From contig CAKOYC010000001.1 in assembly GCA_934130265.1 (NCBI GenBank), positions 1 through 41,623 of the forward strand: 41,623 nt of DNA, in the 5' to 3' direction. The notes under the pieces are model-generated. The model saw nothing but the letters and a program-made list of their open reading frames with translations, did not search any database and was not told where the DNA came from. The DNA comes from an uncultured Bacilli bacterium (GTDB taxonomy: Bacteria; Bacillota_I; Bacilli_A; RF39; UBA660). The translations under genes were made by a program, and so were the position numbers. This document shows, one piece after another, positions 27,888-35,242 of this stretch (positions are counted from its first letter, which is position 1; every line of letters starts with the position of its first letter).

Positions 27888-29252
27888 TCACTTCCCTACA
27901 CAAAAATTTTCAAATAAAGTATCAAGTAATTCTTCATCATAAACTTCACCAGTGATAGTACCTAGTTCATTTAATACTTCCTGTAAATCTATTTCTACAA
28001 GTTCTAATGGTAAATCACCTTTTATATTTTCTCTTATTTTTAACAAAGTTTCAAGAGCTTTATTAGCACAAGTTAATTGTCTATTGTTAGCTAAGAACGT
28101 ATCAGTTTCTTCTAACATATCAAGAGAAAACATCTTAATTATTTCCTTTTTTAAAGAATCTAATCCCTCTAGAGAATTAGTATTAGTAGATACAATATGA
28201 GAAAAATCAAAATTAGATTTATTTATTTTATTAGCTAAGTCATCTTTATTTAAAACAATTATTGTCTTATCTTTATTAAGCTTAGCAATTAGTTCTTTAT
28301 CTTCTTTTGTTAATTCTTCATTTATATTAAATACTGCTAAGACTAAGTCAGCTTCTTCCAATAATTCAAGACTTTTCTCTACTCCTATTTTTTCTACAAC
28401 GTTATCAGTATTCCTAATACCAGCAGTATCTATTAGCGATAATTCAACTCCATTTATAAAAACTGTTCCTTCTACTATATCTCTTGTAGTTCCTTCTATA
28501 TCAGTTACTATTGCTTTTTCCTGATTAATTAAAGTATTTAAAATACTACTTTTCCCTACATTTGGTCTTCCGACAATAACTGTTTTTATACCACTTTTTA
28601 CTATTTGATGACTTCTACTCTCTTCAATAGTTTTTTGTAATTTTGGAATTAACTTTTCTACTTCTTTCTCTATATCTTTCTTGGTTACCTCTTCAATATC
28701 ATAATACTCTGGATAATCAATATTTACCTCTATATTAGCTATCAATTTTTTTAGAGGCTCTCTAAACGAATGAATATAGTTTTTTAATTTTCCTTCTAAA
28801 GAGTTCATTGCTAGTTTTCGTTGATTATCACTTTTGCTCTCAATTAAATCCATTATAGCTTCTGCTTCCGTTAAATCTATTCTTCCATTCAAAAATGCTC
28901 TTTTTGTAAATTCACCTTTTTCTGCTACTCTTATTCCTATTTCTTGTAACAAAGAAAAAACTGCTAATGTAGAATTTATTCCGCCATGACAATTAATTTC
29001 TACTACATCTTCTCTAGTAAATGTTTTAGGAGCTTTCATGACACTTACTAAAACCTCATCTATCTTTTCATTTTCTTTTTTTATATAGCCATAATTAATT
29101 GTATGTGTATCTACTTTCTCTAAATCTTTACCACTAAATATTTTATTTACTAAAGGTATAGCATCTTTTCCACTTACTCTAATAATAGAAATTGCCCCTA
29201 CCCCTAACTTTGTAGCTATTGCTGCTATTGTATCTTCATTATAATCTATCAT
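27888..29252 (-). CDS. mnmE: tRNA modification GTPase MnmE (TrmE/ThdF)
   Basis: 'DTIAAIATKLGVGAISIIRVSG', G1 motif 'GRPNVGKSS', and the C-terminal 'CVGK'. Confidence 0.96.
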   Translation of the reverse strand: MIDYNEDTIAAIATKLGVGAISIIRVSGKDAIPLVNKIFSGKDLEKVDTHTINYGYIKKENEKIDEVLVSVMKAPKTFTREDVVEINCHGGINSTLAVFSLLQEIGIRVAEKGEFTKRAFLNGRIDLTEAEAIMDLIESKSDNQRKLAMNSLEGKLKNYIHSFREPLKKLIANIEVNIDYPEYYDIEEVTKKDIEKEVEKLIPKLQKTIEESRSHQIVKSGIKTVIVGRPNVGKSSILNTLINQEKAIVTDIEGTTRDIVEGTVFINGVELSLIDTAGIRNTDNVVEKIGVEKSLELLEEADLVLAVFNINEELTKEDKELIAKLNKDKTIIVLNKDDLANKINKSNFDFSHIVSTNTNSLEGLDSLKKEIIKMFSLDMLEETDTFLANNRQLTCANKALETLLKIRENIKGDLPLELVEIDLQEVLNELGTITGEVYDEELLDTLFENFCVGK

Positions 29253-29935
29253 TTCTTAAAAACTTTCTCCTTTATATTCTTTTTTATATCTAATGATAAT
29301 AAGGCATCTTCACCAAAAAAAGCTTCTTGTTCCCTAGAAGACAAGTTAGATTTATCATCAAAAGATATCTCATCTAAACTTTCAAATTTTCTAGCTGATT
29401 CATTAACTATAATTCCTGTTAAATTATAACTCATTTCTAATTTTCTTTGAGTCAAAGTTGGAATTATTTGTTTAAAGTCTACCAAAGAATAGTTTTTGGG
29501 ATTTTCATAAACTACTACTCCGTATTTATTAGAAACCTTCTTATCACCTTCCATGTATTTCATTTGACGCAGCTTTTGTTCAGCATTAGCCACATACTTT
29601 AAAATAGAATCATAAGAAACAGATTTTATATCATTATCTAGTAATATTCTAAAAGCATTTATAAGGATTATTGATAATCCATAATGAGTACTACTTAATC
29701 CTTTTTGTTTATTGTCATCATAGTTGCTAAATAAAGTTCCATCTTCTCCTAATTCTAAACCATTTAAAAAGCTATCAAATGATTGTTTTTCTTCCAGTAA
29801 TTTACAATTTTTTAAATATTCAATTACCTTAGGTTCAACTAATAAAGACTCAATATTATTATAAATAAATTTTATATCATTTTGATTGTTTTCTTTTAAT
29901 TTATCCAAACTTATCTGACTAACTTTTTGTTCCAT
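29249..29935 (-). CDS. Hypothetical protein, 228 aa, no family recognised
   Basis: SD AGAGGTGG lies 4 nt before the ATG (29933-29935). Its TGA overlaps the mnmE ATG (ATGA at 29249-29252). No TM segment or catalytic motif is recognisable by eye. Confidence 0.6.
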   Translation of the reverse strand: MEQKVSQISLDKLKENNQNDIKFIYNNIESLLVEPKVIEYLKNCKLLEEKQSFDSFLNGLELGEDGTLFSNYDDNKQKGLSSTHYGLSIILINAFRILLDNDIKSVSYDSILKYVANAEQKLRQMKYMEGDKKVSNKYGVVVYENPKNYSLVDFKQIIPTLTQRKLEMSYNLTGIIVNESARKFESLDEISFDDKSNLSSREQEAFFGEDALLSLDIKKNIKEKVFKK

Positions 29936-29990
29936 TATACCACCTCTTTCAATTTGACTATATTATAGTAAAAACTAAATTTAAAGTAAA

Positions 29991-30012
29991 GAAAAAGAAG
30001 AACTAATCTTCT
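29991..30012 (-). terminator. Candidate terminator at the end of jag
   Basis: - strand: AGAAGA-TTAGT-TCTTCT (6-bp stem, 29996-30012; the jag TAG stop lies in the loop) followed by TTTTTC. Confidence 0.45.
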
Positions 30013-30611
30013 CTTGGTTTAATAACTACGCATCTATTAGGTTCTTCTCCTACACTCTCTGTGTAAACTTTTTTATTATTTGTTAATACATTATGAACAA
30101 TTCTTCTCTCATAAGAATTCATAGAATCCATTTTCACCTCTATTTTAGTAGTAGCTACCTCTCTAGCTAAACGTTTTGCTAAAACTTCTAAATGATGTTC
30201 ATTTTTCTCTTTATAATCAGATACATCTAGAAAAAATCTATAATTAATTTCTGTTTCGGCATTAACAATTTGTCTAAGCACTATTTGAAGAGCTTCTAAA
30301 TTCTTTCCATTCTTCCCTATAAGTAAAGAATCATTATTAGAATAAATTCTATATGTAGGGATATCTTGTTTTACTTGAATTTCCACTTCTGCTTGATAGC
30401 CCATTTCTCTTAAAATAGTAACTAATTTTTCTTTGATAAAATTTTTAATTTCTCTTTTTTCAATTACTTCTATTTCACATTTCTTAGAAAGTAATGATTT
30501 CTTCTCATCTATAACATTAATTATTAAATTTTCTTCTAACTCTTGTAGTTCAATCTTAGCCTTATTAACAGCTTCTTCATAAGTCTTTCCTACGAATCTA
30601 TGCTTTTCCAT
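30003..30611 (-). CDS. jag: RNA-binding protein Jag/KhpB (Jag_N, KH, R3H)
   Basis: 'GKTYEEAVNKAKIEL' Jag_N region, KH-like 'LLIGKNGKNLEALQ', and R3H 'MNSYERRIVHNVL'. Confidence 0.85.
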   Translation of the reverse strand: MEKHRFVGKTYEEAVNKAKIELQELEENLIINVIDEKKSLLSKKCEIEVIEKREIKNFIKEKLVTILREMGYQAEVEIQVKQDIPTYRIYSNNDSLLIGKNGKNLEALQIVLRQIVNAETEINYRFFLDVSDYKEKNEHHLEVLAKRLAREVATTKIEVKMDSMNSYERRIVHNVLTNNKKVYTESVGEEPNRCVVIKPRED

Positions 30612-30612
30612 A

Positions 30613-31539
30613 CTATTTTTTCGCTCCTTTAACTGTAAGAGTATTTTGTATAATCATAAATAAATTTTGAGTTACCCAATATATTCCTAAAGCTGAAGGC
30701 ATAAATAATGCTGTAAATATAATCATAATACTCATCATTATTGGCATCATTTTCATAGATGGATCTTGACTAGCTGCACCACTCATCTTAAATGTATAAA
30801 TAGTAGTAGCACCAATTAGAATTATTAATATAAGATAAACATAGAACGTTGAAGTTCCAAATCCAACTACTGGAGTTGTTCCTAATTGTAAACCAATGAA
30901 TTTATCTTCAAAAATAGCTGGGACTCTATTTATTGCTTCAAAGAAAGCTAAGAATAGTGGTAATTGAATAAATGAAACTAAACAACTACTTAATGGATTA
31001 AAGTTATATTTTTTATAAACCATTAACATTTCTTGATTTTGCCTCATCATTGACGCTTCATCAGTTTTACCTTCATATTTTTTTCTAATTCTTTCCAATT
31101 CGGGACTAGCTTTTTTCATTAACTCTGACTGAATAGCCATCTTTCTAGTAAATGGAAATAATATAAATCTCAATATTATAGTTATAATAATGATACTGAT
31201 AGCAAAACTTCCAACTAACTTACCTAATTTTAATATTATGAAAGCTAATGGTTTTACGAAAATCGATGTCCATAATCCTTCATAACCTCCTGAAGTAACT
31301 TTAAAGTTATCACATTTTGGTAATTTTTTAACATTAACTTTATTTTTCTCATAAATTTTAACAGTTTTGGCATTCTCAGGTTGACACAAAATGTTTTTTG
31401 TTAAAGATTGTCCTGTTTCTGGATTCTTAACTGCTTGTTTTTTACTATCAACAAGAGTTGTAGTACATCCTGTTAATAAAAATATTGATATAACTAGAAT
31501 TAATAATTTCCTAGTTTTAGTATTTTTCTTTTCTTTCAT
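30613..31539 (-). CDS. yidC: Membrane protein insertase YidC/SpoIIIJ (lipoprotein type)
   Basis: Lipobox 'LLTGCTT' and 'MAIQSELMKKASPELERIRKKY' with a multi-TM YidC core. Confidence 0.9.
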   Translation of the reverse strand: MKEKKNTKTRKLLILVISIFLLTGCTTTLVDSKKQAVKNPETGQSLTKNILCQPENAKTVKIYEKNKVNVKKLPKCDNFKVTSGGYEGLWTSIFVKPLAFIILKLGKLVGSFAISIIIITIILRFILFPFTRKMAIQSELMKKASPELERIRKKYEGKTDEASMMRQNQEMLMVYKKYNFNPLSSCLVSFIQLPLFLAFFEAINRVPAIFEDKFIGLQLGTTPVVGFGTSTFYVYLILIILIGATTIYTFKMSGAASQDPSMKMMPIMMSIMIIFTALFMPSALGIYWVTQNLFMIIQNTLTVKGAKK

Positions 31540-31564
31540 ATGATATAATTTCCCTTCTCTATTT

Positions 31565-31897
31565 CTATTTACTATTAATGTTTAATAATAGACTGAATAA
31601 TTCTTCTTTCAATGACTCATATTTTTTATCTAAAGAACCTCTCCTAATTATTATAATACAATCAAAAGCATTTTTATAGTTTTTTTGAAAATCTGATACT
31701 ATTGCTCTTGTTCTTCTCTTCATCTTGTTACGAGTAACAGCTTTACCAAGTTTCTTAGGGGCAGCAATCCCATACTTAGAAAAAGATTCTTTTTTTGTAC
31801 GATAAAATAAAATAAAACTTTTATTCTTCTTAGATGGACATTTCTTTATTATTTCATCAAATATCTTACTTTCCTTTATTATATAATCCTTATTCAT
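31565..31897 (-). CDS. rnpA: Ribonuclease P protein component
   Basis: 110 aa, basic. 'KKLGKAVTRNKMKRRTRAIV' is the RNR-type motif. It lies downstream of rpmH. Confidence 0.9.
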   Translation of the reverse strand: MNKDYIIKESKIFDEIIKKCPSKKNKSFILFYRTKKESFSKYGIAAPKKLGKAVTRNKMKRRTRAIVSDFQKNYKNAFDCIIIIRRGSLDKKYESLKEELFSLLLNINSK

Positions 31898-31921
31898 ATT
31901 ATAGCCCCTTTCCTAAAGAGT

Positions 31922-31945
31922 AAAAAACCACTGTGAAAACAGTGG
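31922..31945 (-). terminator. Intrinsic terminator/attenuator between rpmH and rnpA
   Basis: - strand: CCACTGT-TTTC-ACAGTGG (7-bp GC-containing stem, 31928-31945) followed by TTTTTT (complement of 31922-31927). Confidence 0.6.
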
Positions 31946-31948
31946 AAT

Positions 31949-32077
31949 TTATTTTACTAATTCTTTACGACCTTTTTTTCTTCTGCTATTTAAGATTTTA
32001 CCTGCTGAAACTTTACGAGCGAAAAATCCATGCTTCTTAGCTCTTCTACGTTTATTTGGTTGATACGTTCTCTTCAT
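31949..32077 (-). CDS. rpmH: 50S ribosomal protein L34
   Basis: '[22 protein letters not shown]...'. Start set at ATG 32075-32077 with GGAGGTGG upstream. The 20-codon N-terminal extension in the track is rejected. Confidence 0.93.
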   Translation of the reverse strand: MKRTYQPNKRRRAKKHGFFARKVSAGKILNSRRKKGRKELVK

Positions 32078-32107
32078 ACTTCCACCTCCAGACATGAAAT
32101 CTACATT

Positions 32108-32137
32108 ATTATAATAATAATCCAATTTATTTGTCAA
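32108..32137 (-). promoter_or_regulatory. Candidate sigma-A promoter for rpmH
   Basis: - strand: perfect TTGACA (complement of 32132-32137), 18-nt spacer, TATAAT (complement of 32108-32113). Confidence 0.6.
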
Positions 32138-32223
32138 GAAAATTTAAGTGACTTGTTAATAATTTCTCATTTTAGTGATTTAAAGCTCAAAAAAAAAGCT
32201 AATAAAAAAGAAGAAAAGCATAG

Positions 32224-32398
32224 TTATCCACAGATTCCACAGGGTGTGGAAAACTATTATTCACATGTGCAAAACAAATCTGTGGAAACTGTGGAAAACT
32301 CATAATATTCAGCAAATATCGACATTTCACTTGTGGAAAACTCTGTGGAAAACCTGTGGATAAATTTTTTTTACTTTTTTCTATTTCCTTTTTCCACA
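32224..32398. promoter_or_regulatory. oriC part 1: DnaA-box cluster upstream of dnaA
   Basis: Nine 9-mers related to TTATCCACA. TTATCCACA at 32224-32232 is perfect. GATTCCACA is at 32233-32241. TGTGGAAAA occurs at 32245-32253, 32290-32298, 32332-32340 and 32344-32352. TGTGGAAAC is at 32281-32289. TGTGGATAA at 32355-32363 is perfect. TTTTCCACA is at 32390-32398. Confidence 0.88.
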
Positions 32399-32440
32399 TT
32401 TTAGAGTATCATAATGGTGGTTTATGTGAACAGGGGAGTG

Positions 32441-33811
32441 ATGAAGTTGAATGTAGACATCATATGGAATAACGTATTAAAAGAAATTAAAGAAGAACTT
32501 TCTTCACTTGCCTTTTCTACGTGGTTTCAAGACGTTAATCTTAAAGATTTAAAAGACGATATAGCAATTATCATCGTACCAATGTCTATACATAAGAAAC
32601 ATTTACATGATAATTATCAAGATTTAATAAAAAATGCTCTAAATAAAATAACCGGTACAACATTTGAACTAGAATTCTTCCTAGAAGATGAATTTAAAGA
32701 AAAAGAAGAATCTATAAAACAAAAAGAGGAAAAAGAAAGTACTGAGGCACCTGAATTTAAGCAAAAATCAAACTTAAATCAAAATTATACCTTTAATAAC
32801 TTTATTGTTGGTAACAGTAATAAGTTTGCACAAGCAGCAGCTTTGTCAGTAGCTGAAAATCCTGGTAAAATTTACAATCCATTGTTTATTTATGGTAATA
32901 GTGGCCTCGGAAAAACACACCTAATGCATGCAATTGGTAACTATATAGCACAAAATTTCAATAAACGAGTCTTGTACGTAACAAGTGATCAATTTAGAGA
33001 TGATTTTGTTAGTATAAATAGGAAAGACCAAGACGGTACCAACTTTAATTACAAAGAATTCTTTAAAAACAAATATAGAAATATAGATGTACTAATAATT
33101 GATGATATACAATTTTTAGGAGGAGCAAATCAAACACAGCAAGAATTTTTCCATACCTTTACTAATCTATATAATGATAGTAAGCAAATAATTGTTTCAT
33201 CAGACAGATCACCAAATGACTTAAAACTACTTGCTGAACGTCTTAGAACTAGATTTTGCTGGGGATTAACAGTGAATATAGGTCCACCTGACTTTGAACT
33301 GAGGAAAGAGATTCTGAGAAAAAAAATAGTAGCCGGTAATTTTGAAGCAGAAATTCCAGAAGAAGTAATTGAATATATAGCCTCGAATATGGGAAGTGAC
33401 GTAAGACAACTAGAGGGGTCAATTACAAGATTAGTAGCTTACTCAACAATAATGGGTGGTTCAAAAATAACTCTAAACTTAGCTATTGAAGCACTAAAAG
33501 ACTTTATTAATAAAGGAATGAGTGAAAAAAACGACATTGCAAGAATTCAAAAAATTGTAGCTGAATTCTTTCAAATATCAGTAGAAGACATACGTTCAAA
33601 AAAAAGGAGTAGCAACATAGCCTTTCCTAGACAAATAGCTATGTACATGTGTAGAAAATTGACAAACGAATCATATCCTAAAATAGGAACTGAATTTGGT
33701 GGTAAAGACCATTCTACTGTTATGCATTCTGTGGAAAAAATAGAAATAGAAATAAAAAATAATAAAGATTTAGCGGGTATTGTGGAAAAGTTATCTAATG
33801 ACTTAAAATAA
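32441..33811 (+). CDS. dnaA: Chromosomal replication initiator protein DnaA
   Basis: 'NPLFIYGNSGLGKTHLMHAIGN' Walker A, 'IDDIQFL', and domain IV 'FPRQIAMYMCRKLT...KDHSTVMHSVEKI'. Start set at ATG 32441 (MKLNVD) with GGGGAG upstream. Confidence 0.97.
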   Translation: MKLNVDIIWNNVLKEIKEELSSLAFSTWFQDVNLKDLKDDIAIIIVPMSIHKKHLHDNYQDLIKNALNKITGTTFELEFFLEDEFKEKEESIKQKEEKESTEAPEFKQKSNLNQNYTFNNFIVGNSNKFAQAAALSVAENPGKIYNPLFIYGNSGLGKTHLMHAIGNYIAQNFNKRVLYVTSDQFRDDFVSINRKDQDGTNFNYKEFFKNKYRNIDVLIIDDIQFLGGANQTQQEFFHTFTNLYNDSKQIIVSSDRSPNDLKLLAERLRTRFCWGLTVNIGPPDFELRKEILRKKIVAGNFEAEIPEEVIEYIASNMGSDVRQLEGSITRLVAYSTIMGGSKITLNLAIEALKDFINKGMSEKNDIARIQKIVAEFFQISVEDIRSKKRSSNIAFPRQIAMYMCRKLTNESYPKIGTEFGGKDHSTVMHSVEKIEIEIKNNKDLAGIVEKLSNDLK

Positions 33812-33817
33812 GTTACC

Positions 33818-33916
33818 TGTGGAAAAAAATAAGTTTTCCACAAGTTTTCCACAGGTAAAAAAACTACTAATATGTTATAATATAAAGGAAATAAAAAGTT
33901 TTCCACAGTTTCCACA
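33818..33916. promoter_or_regulatory. oriC part 2: DnaA-box cluster between dnaA and dnaN
   Basis: TGTGGAAAA at 33818-33826. TTTTCCACA at 33834-33842, 33845-33853 and 33899-33907. GTTTCCACA at 33908-33916. Two more TGTGGAAAA lie inside the dnaA 3' end (33730-33738 and 33781-33789). An extended -10 TGTTATAAT at 33873-33881 sits between the box groups and is the likely dnaN promoter. Confidence 0.88.
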
Positions 33917-33917
33917 G

Positions 33918-33943
33918 TATTAATATTAATAATATATATAAAA
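33918..33943. other. Candidate DNA unwinding element (DUE)
   Basis: 26 consecutive A/T bases (TATTAATATTAATAATATATATAAAA) begin 1 nt after the last tandem DnaA boxes. This is the same relative location as the B. subtilis DUE in the dnaA-dnaN spacer. Confidence 0.5.
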
Positions 33944-33965
33944 GAAAAGAAAGAAGGAATATAAA

Positions 33966-35090
33966 ATGAAATTTTCAATTAAAAAAGAAATACTATTAGA
34001 AGCACTAAATAAAGTGTCAAAAGCAATATCAACAAAAAATGTAATACCAGTATTAGCAGGTATCAAGTTTCATCTTACAAAAAGGAAATTAACTCTTACT
34101 GCTAGTGATAATGATATTACAATAGAAACATCAATCCCATGTGACAATGAGAATATAATCCTAAAAGAAGAAGGAAGCATTATTATTCAAGGTAAATATA
34201 TACTAGATATAGTAAGAAAATTACCTGATCCATTTATCAATATAGAAGTAGTCGATGATTTAAAGATATTAATATATACTGAAAACAGTGAATTTAACTT
34301 AAATGGTATTAGCGAAAAAGAATATCCATCTATTGAATTAGTAGAAAGTAAAAATCATATTGAACTATCTAAAACAATATTAAAAGAAATAGTTAATCAA
34401 ACTGCATTTGCAACTAGTATAGATGAGAATAAAGCTATATTGAATGGTATAAACTTTAATATTATTGGCAATATACTAGAATGTAATGCAACCGATTCAT
34501 ATAGATTAGCAAGAAAAGTTATACCTTTATCAACAAGTTCTGAGGAAAACATGAACATTGTTATACCTAGTAGAAATCTTGTGGAATTTACAAGAATACT
34601 AGGTGAAGGTGATGAAAAAATAGAAGTACATATCTTCAATAATAAAATACTATTTAAAAATCAAAACTTATTATTTCAATCTCGCTTAATAAATGGTACT
34701 TATCCAAATACTTCTAATTTATTACCTAAAGAAGATCAAGTAAAATTACATTTTAATATTAATGATTTTTACAATGTAGTTGACCGTGTAAGTATTTTAA
34801 CAAGTGATAAAGATAAAAATATAGTTACTATGGAAACTAATGGTAATATGTTAATAATGAAATCATCAAGTGTAGAAATTGGTAGAGTGGAAGAAAAAAT
34901 GTCTATTCAAAAGGATAGAGATTTAGATATTAAAATTTCTTTTAGTGCTAGATATATGATGGATGCTTTAAAATCTTTTTCCACAGATACTGTTGAATTA
35001 TCATTTGTAGGAGAAGTAAAGCCTATTGTTTTAAAAAGTAGTGAAGATGATACTTTAACTCAATTAGTTTTACCTATTAGAACCTATTAA
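33966..35090 (+). CDS. dnaN: DNA polymerase III beta sliding clamp
   Basis: 374 aa. 'MKFSIKKEILLEALNKVSKAISTKNVIPVLAGIKF' and C-terminal 'QLVLPIRTY' are typical. Confidence 0.95.
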   Translation: MKFSIKKEILLEALNKVSKAISTKNVIPVLAGIKFHLTKRKLTLTASDNDITIETSIPCDNENIILKEEGSIIIQGKYILDIVRKLPDPFINIEVVDDLKILIYTENSEFNLNGISEKEYPSIELVESKNHIELSKTILKEIVNQTAFATSIDENKAILNGINFNIIGNILECNATDSYRLARKVIPLSTSSEENMNIVIPSRNLVEFTRILGEGDEKIEVHIFNNKILFKNQNLLFQSRLINGTYPNTSNLLPKEDQVKLHFNINDFYNVVDRVSILTSDKDKNIVTMETNGNMLIMKSSSVEIGRVEEKMSIQKDRDLDIKISFSARYMMDALKSFSTDTVELSFVGEVKPIVLKSSEDDTLTQLVLPIRTY

Positions 35091-35116
35091 AACAAAGTAA
35101 CCTGTAAAATTTACTA

Positions 35117-35146
35117 AAAAAACTGGTAGAAATACCAGCTTTTTTC
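35117..35146 (+). terminator. Rho-independent terminator after dnaN
   Basis: CTGGTA-GAAA-TACCAG (35123-35138), flanked by an A-run upstream and CTTTTTT downstream. Confidence 0.6.
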
Positions 35147-35160
35147 ATTTTTTTACTCTT

Positions 35161-35194
35161 ATCGACATAAAACGATAAAATTCGACAGTATAAT
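35161..35194 (+). promoter_or_regulatory. Candidate comK-like promoter with two Spo0A-box-like motifs
   Basis: TATAAT at 35189-35194. TTCGACA (35181-35187) is a perfect reverse 0A box; ATCGACA (35161-35167) matches 6 of 7. The two motifs are 20 bp apart. Confidence 0.4.
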
Positions 35195-35242
35195 ATAGTA
35201 GACTGATGGTAAACATTTTTATGTTTTAGGGGGGAAAATAAA

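Noticed and set aside
25885-28200. Antisense ORFs 25885-26109 (+) and 27952-28200 (+), and likewise 34397-34639 (-) and 35365-35559 (-) elsewhere
   Set aside because: They are opposite rsmG/mnmG, mnmE, dnaN and comK respectively. They are shadow ORFs without translation signals.
32078-32137. 20-codon N-terminal extension of rpmH in the ORF track ([20 protein letters not shown])
   Set aside because: L34 universally starts MKRTYQP. GGAGGTGG directly precedes that ATG (32077). The extension would also overlap the TTGACA/TATAAT promoter.
32030-32399. ORF-track entries 32030-32305 (+, 91 aa) and 32199-32399 (-, 66 aa, 'FPQSFPQ...FPQFPQ')
   Set aside because: They lie entirely in the rpmH-dnaA intergenic oriC region. 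Their repetitive peptides are just translations of the repeated DnaA boxes (TGTGGAAAA). Neither has an SD.
33571-33978. 135-aa antisense ORF spanning the dnaA 3' end and the dnaA-dnaN spacer
   Set aside because: It is antisense to a highly conserved CDS and runs through the DnaA-box/DUE region. The peptide is low-complexity and hydrophobic, as expected by chance in AT-rich DNA.
35091-35242. ComK K-boxes (AAAA-N5-TTTT pairs) for comK autoregulation
   Set aside because: Only partial matches were seen, such as AAAT-N5-CTTT around 35129-35141. In DNA this AT-rich such matches are expected by chance.
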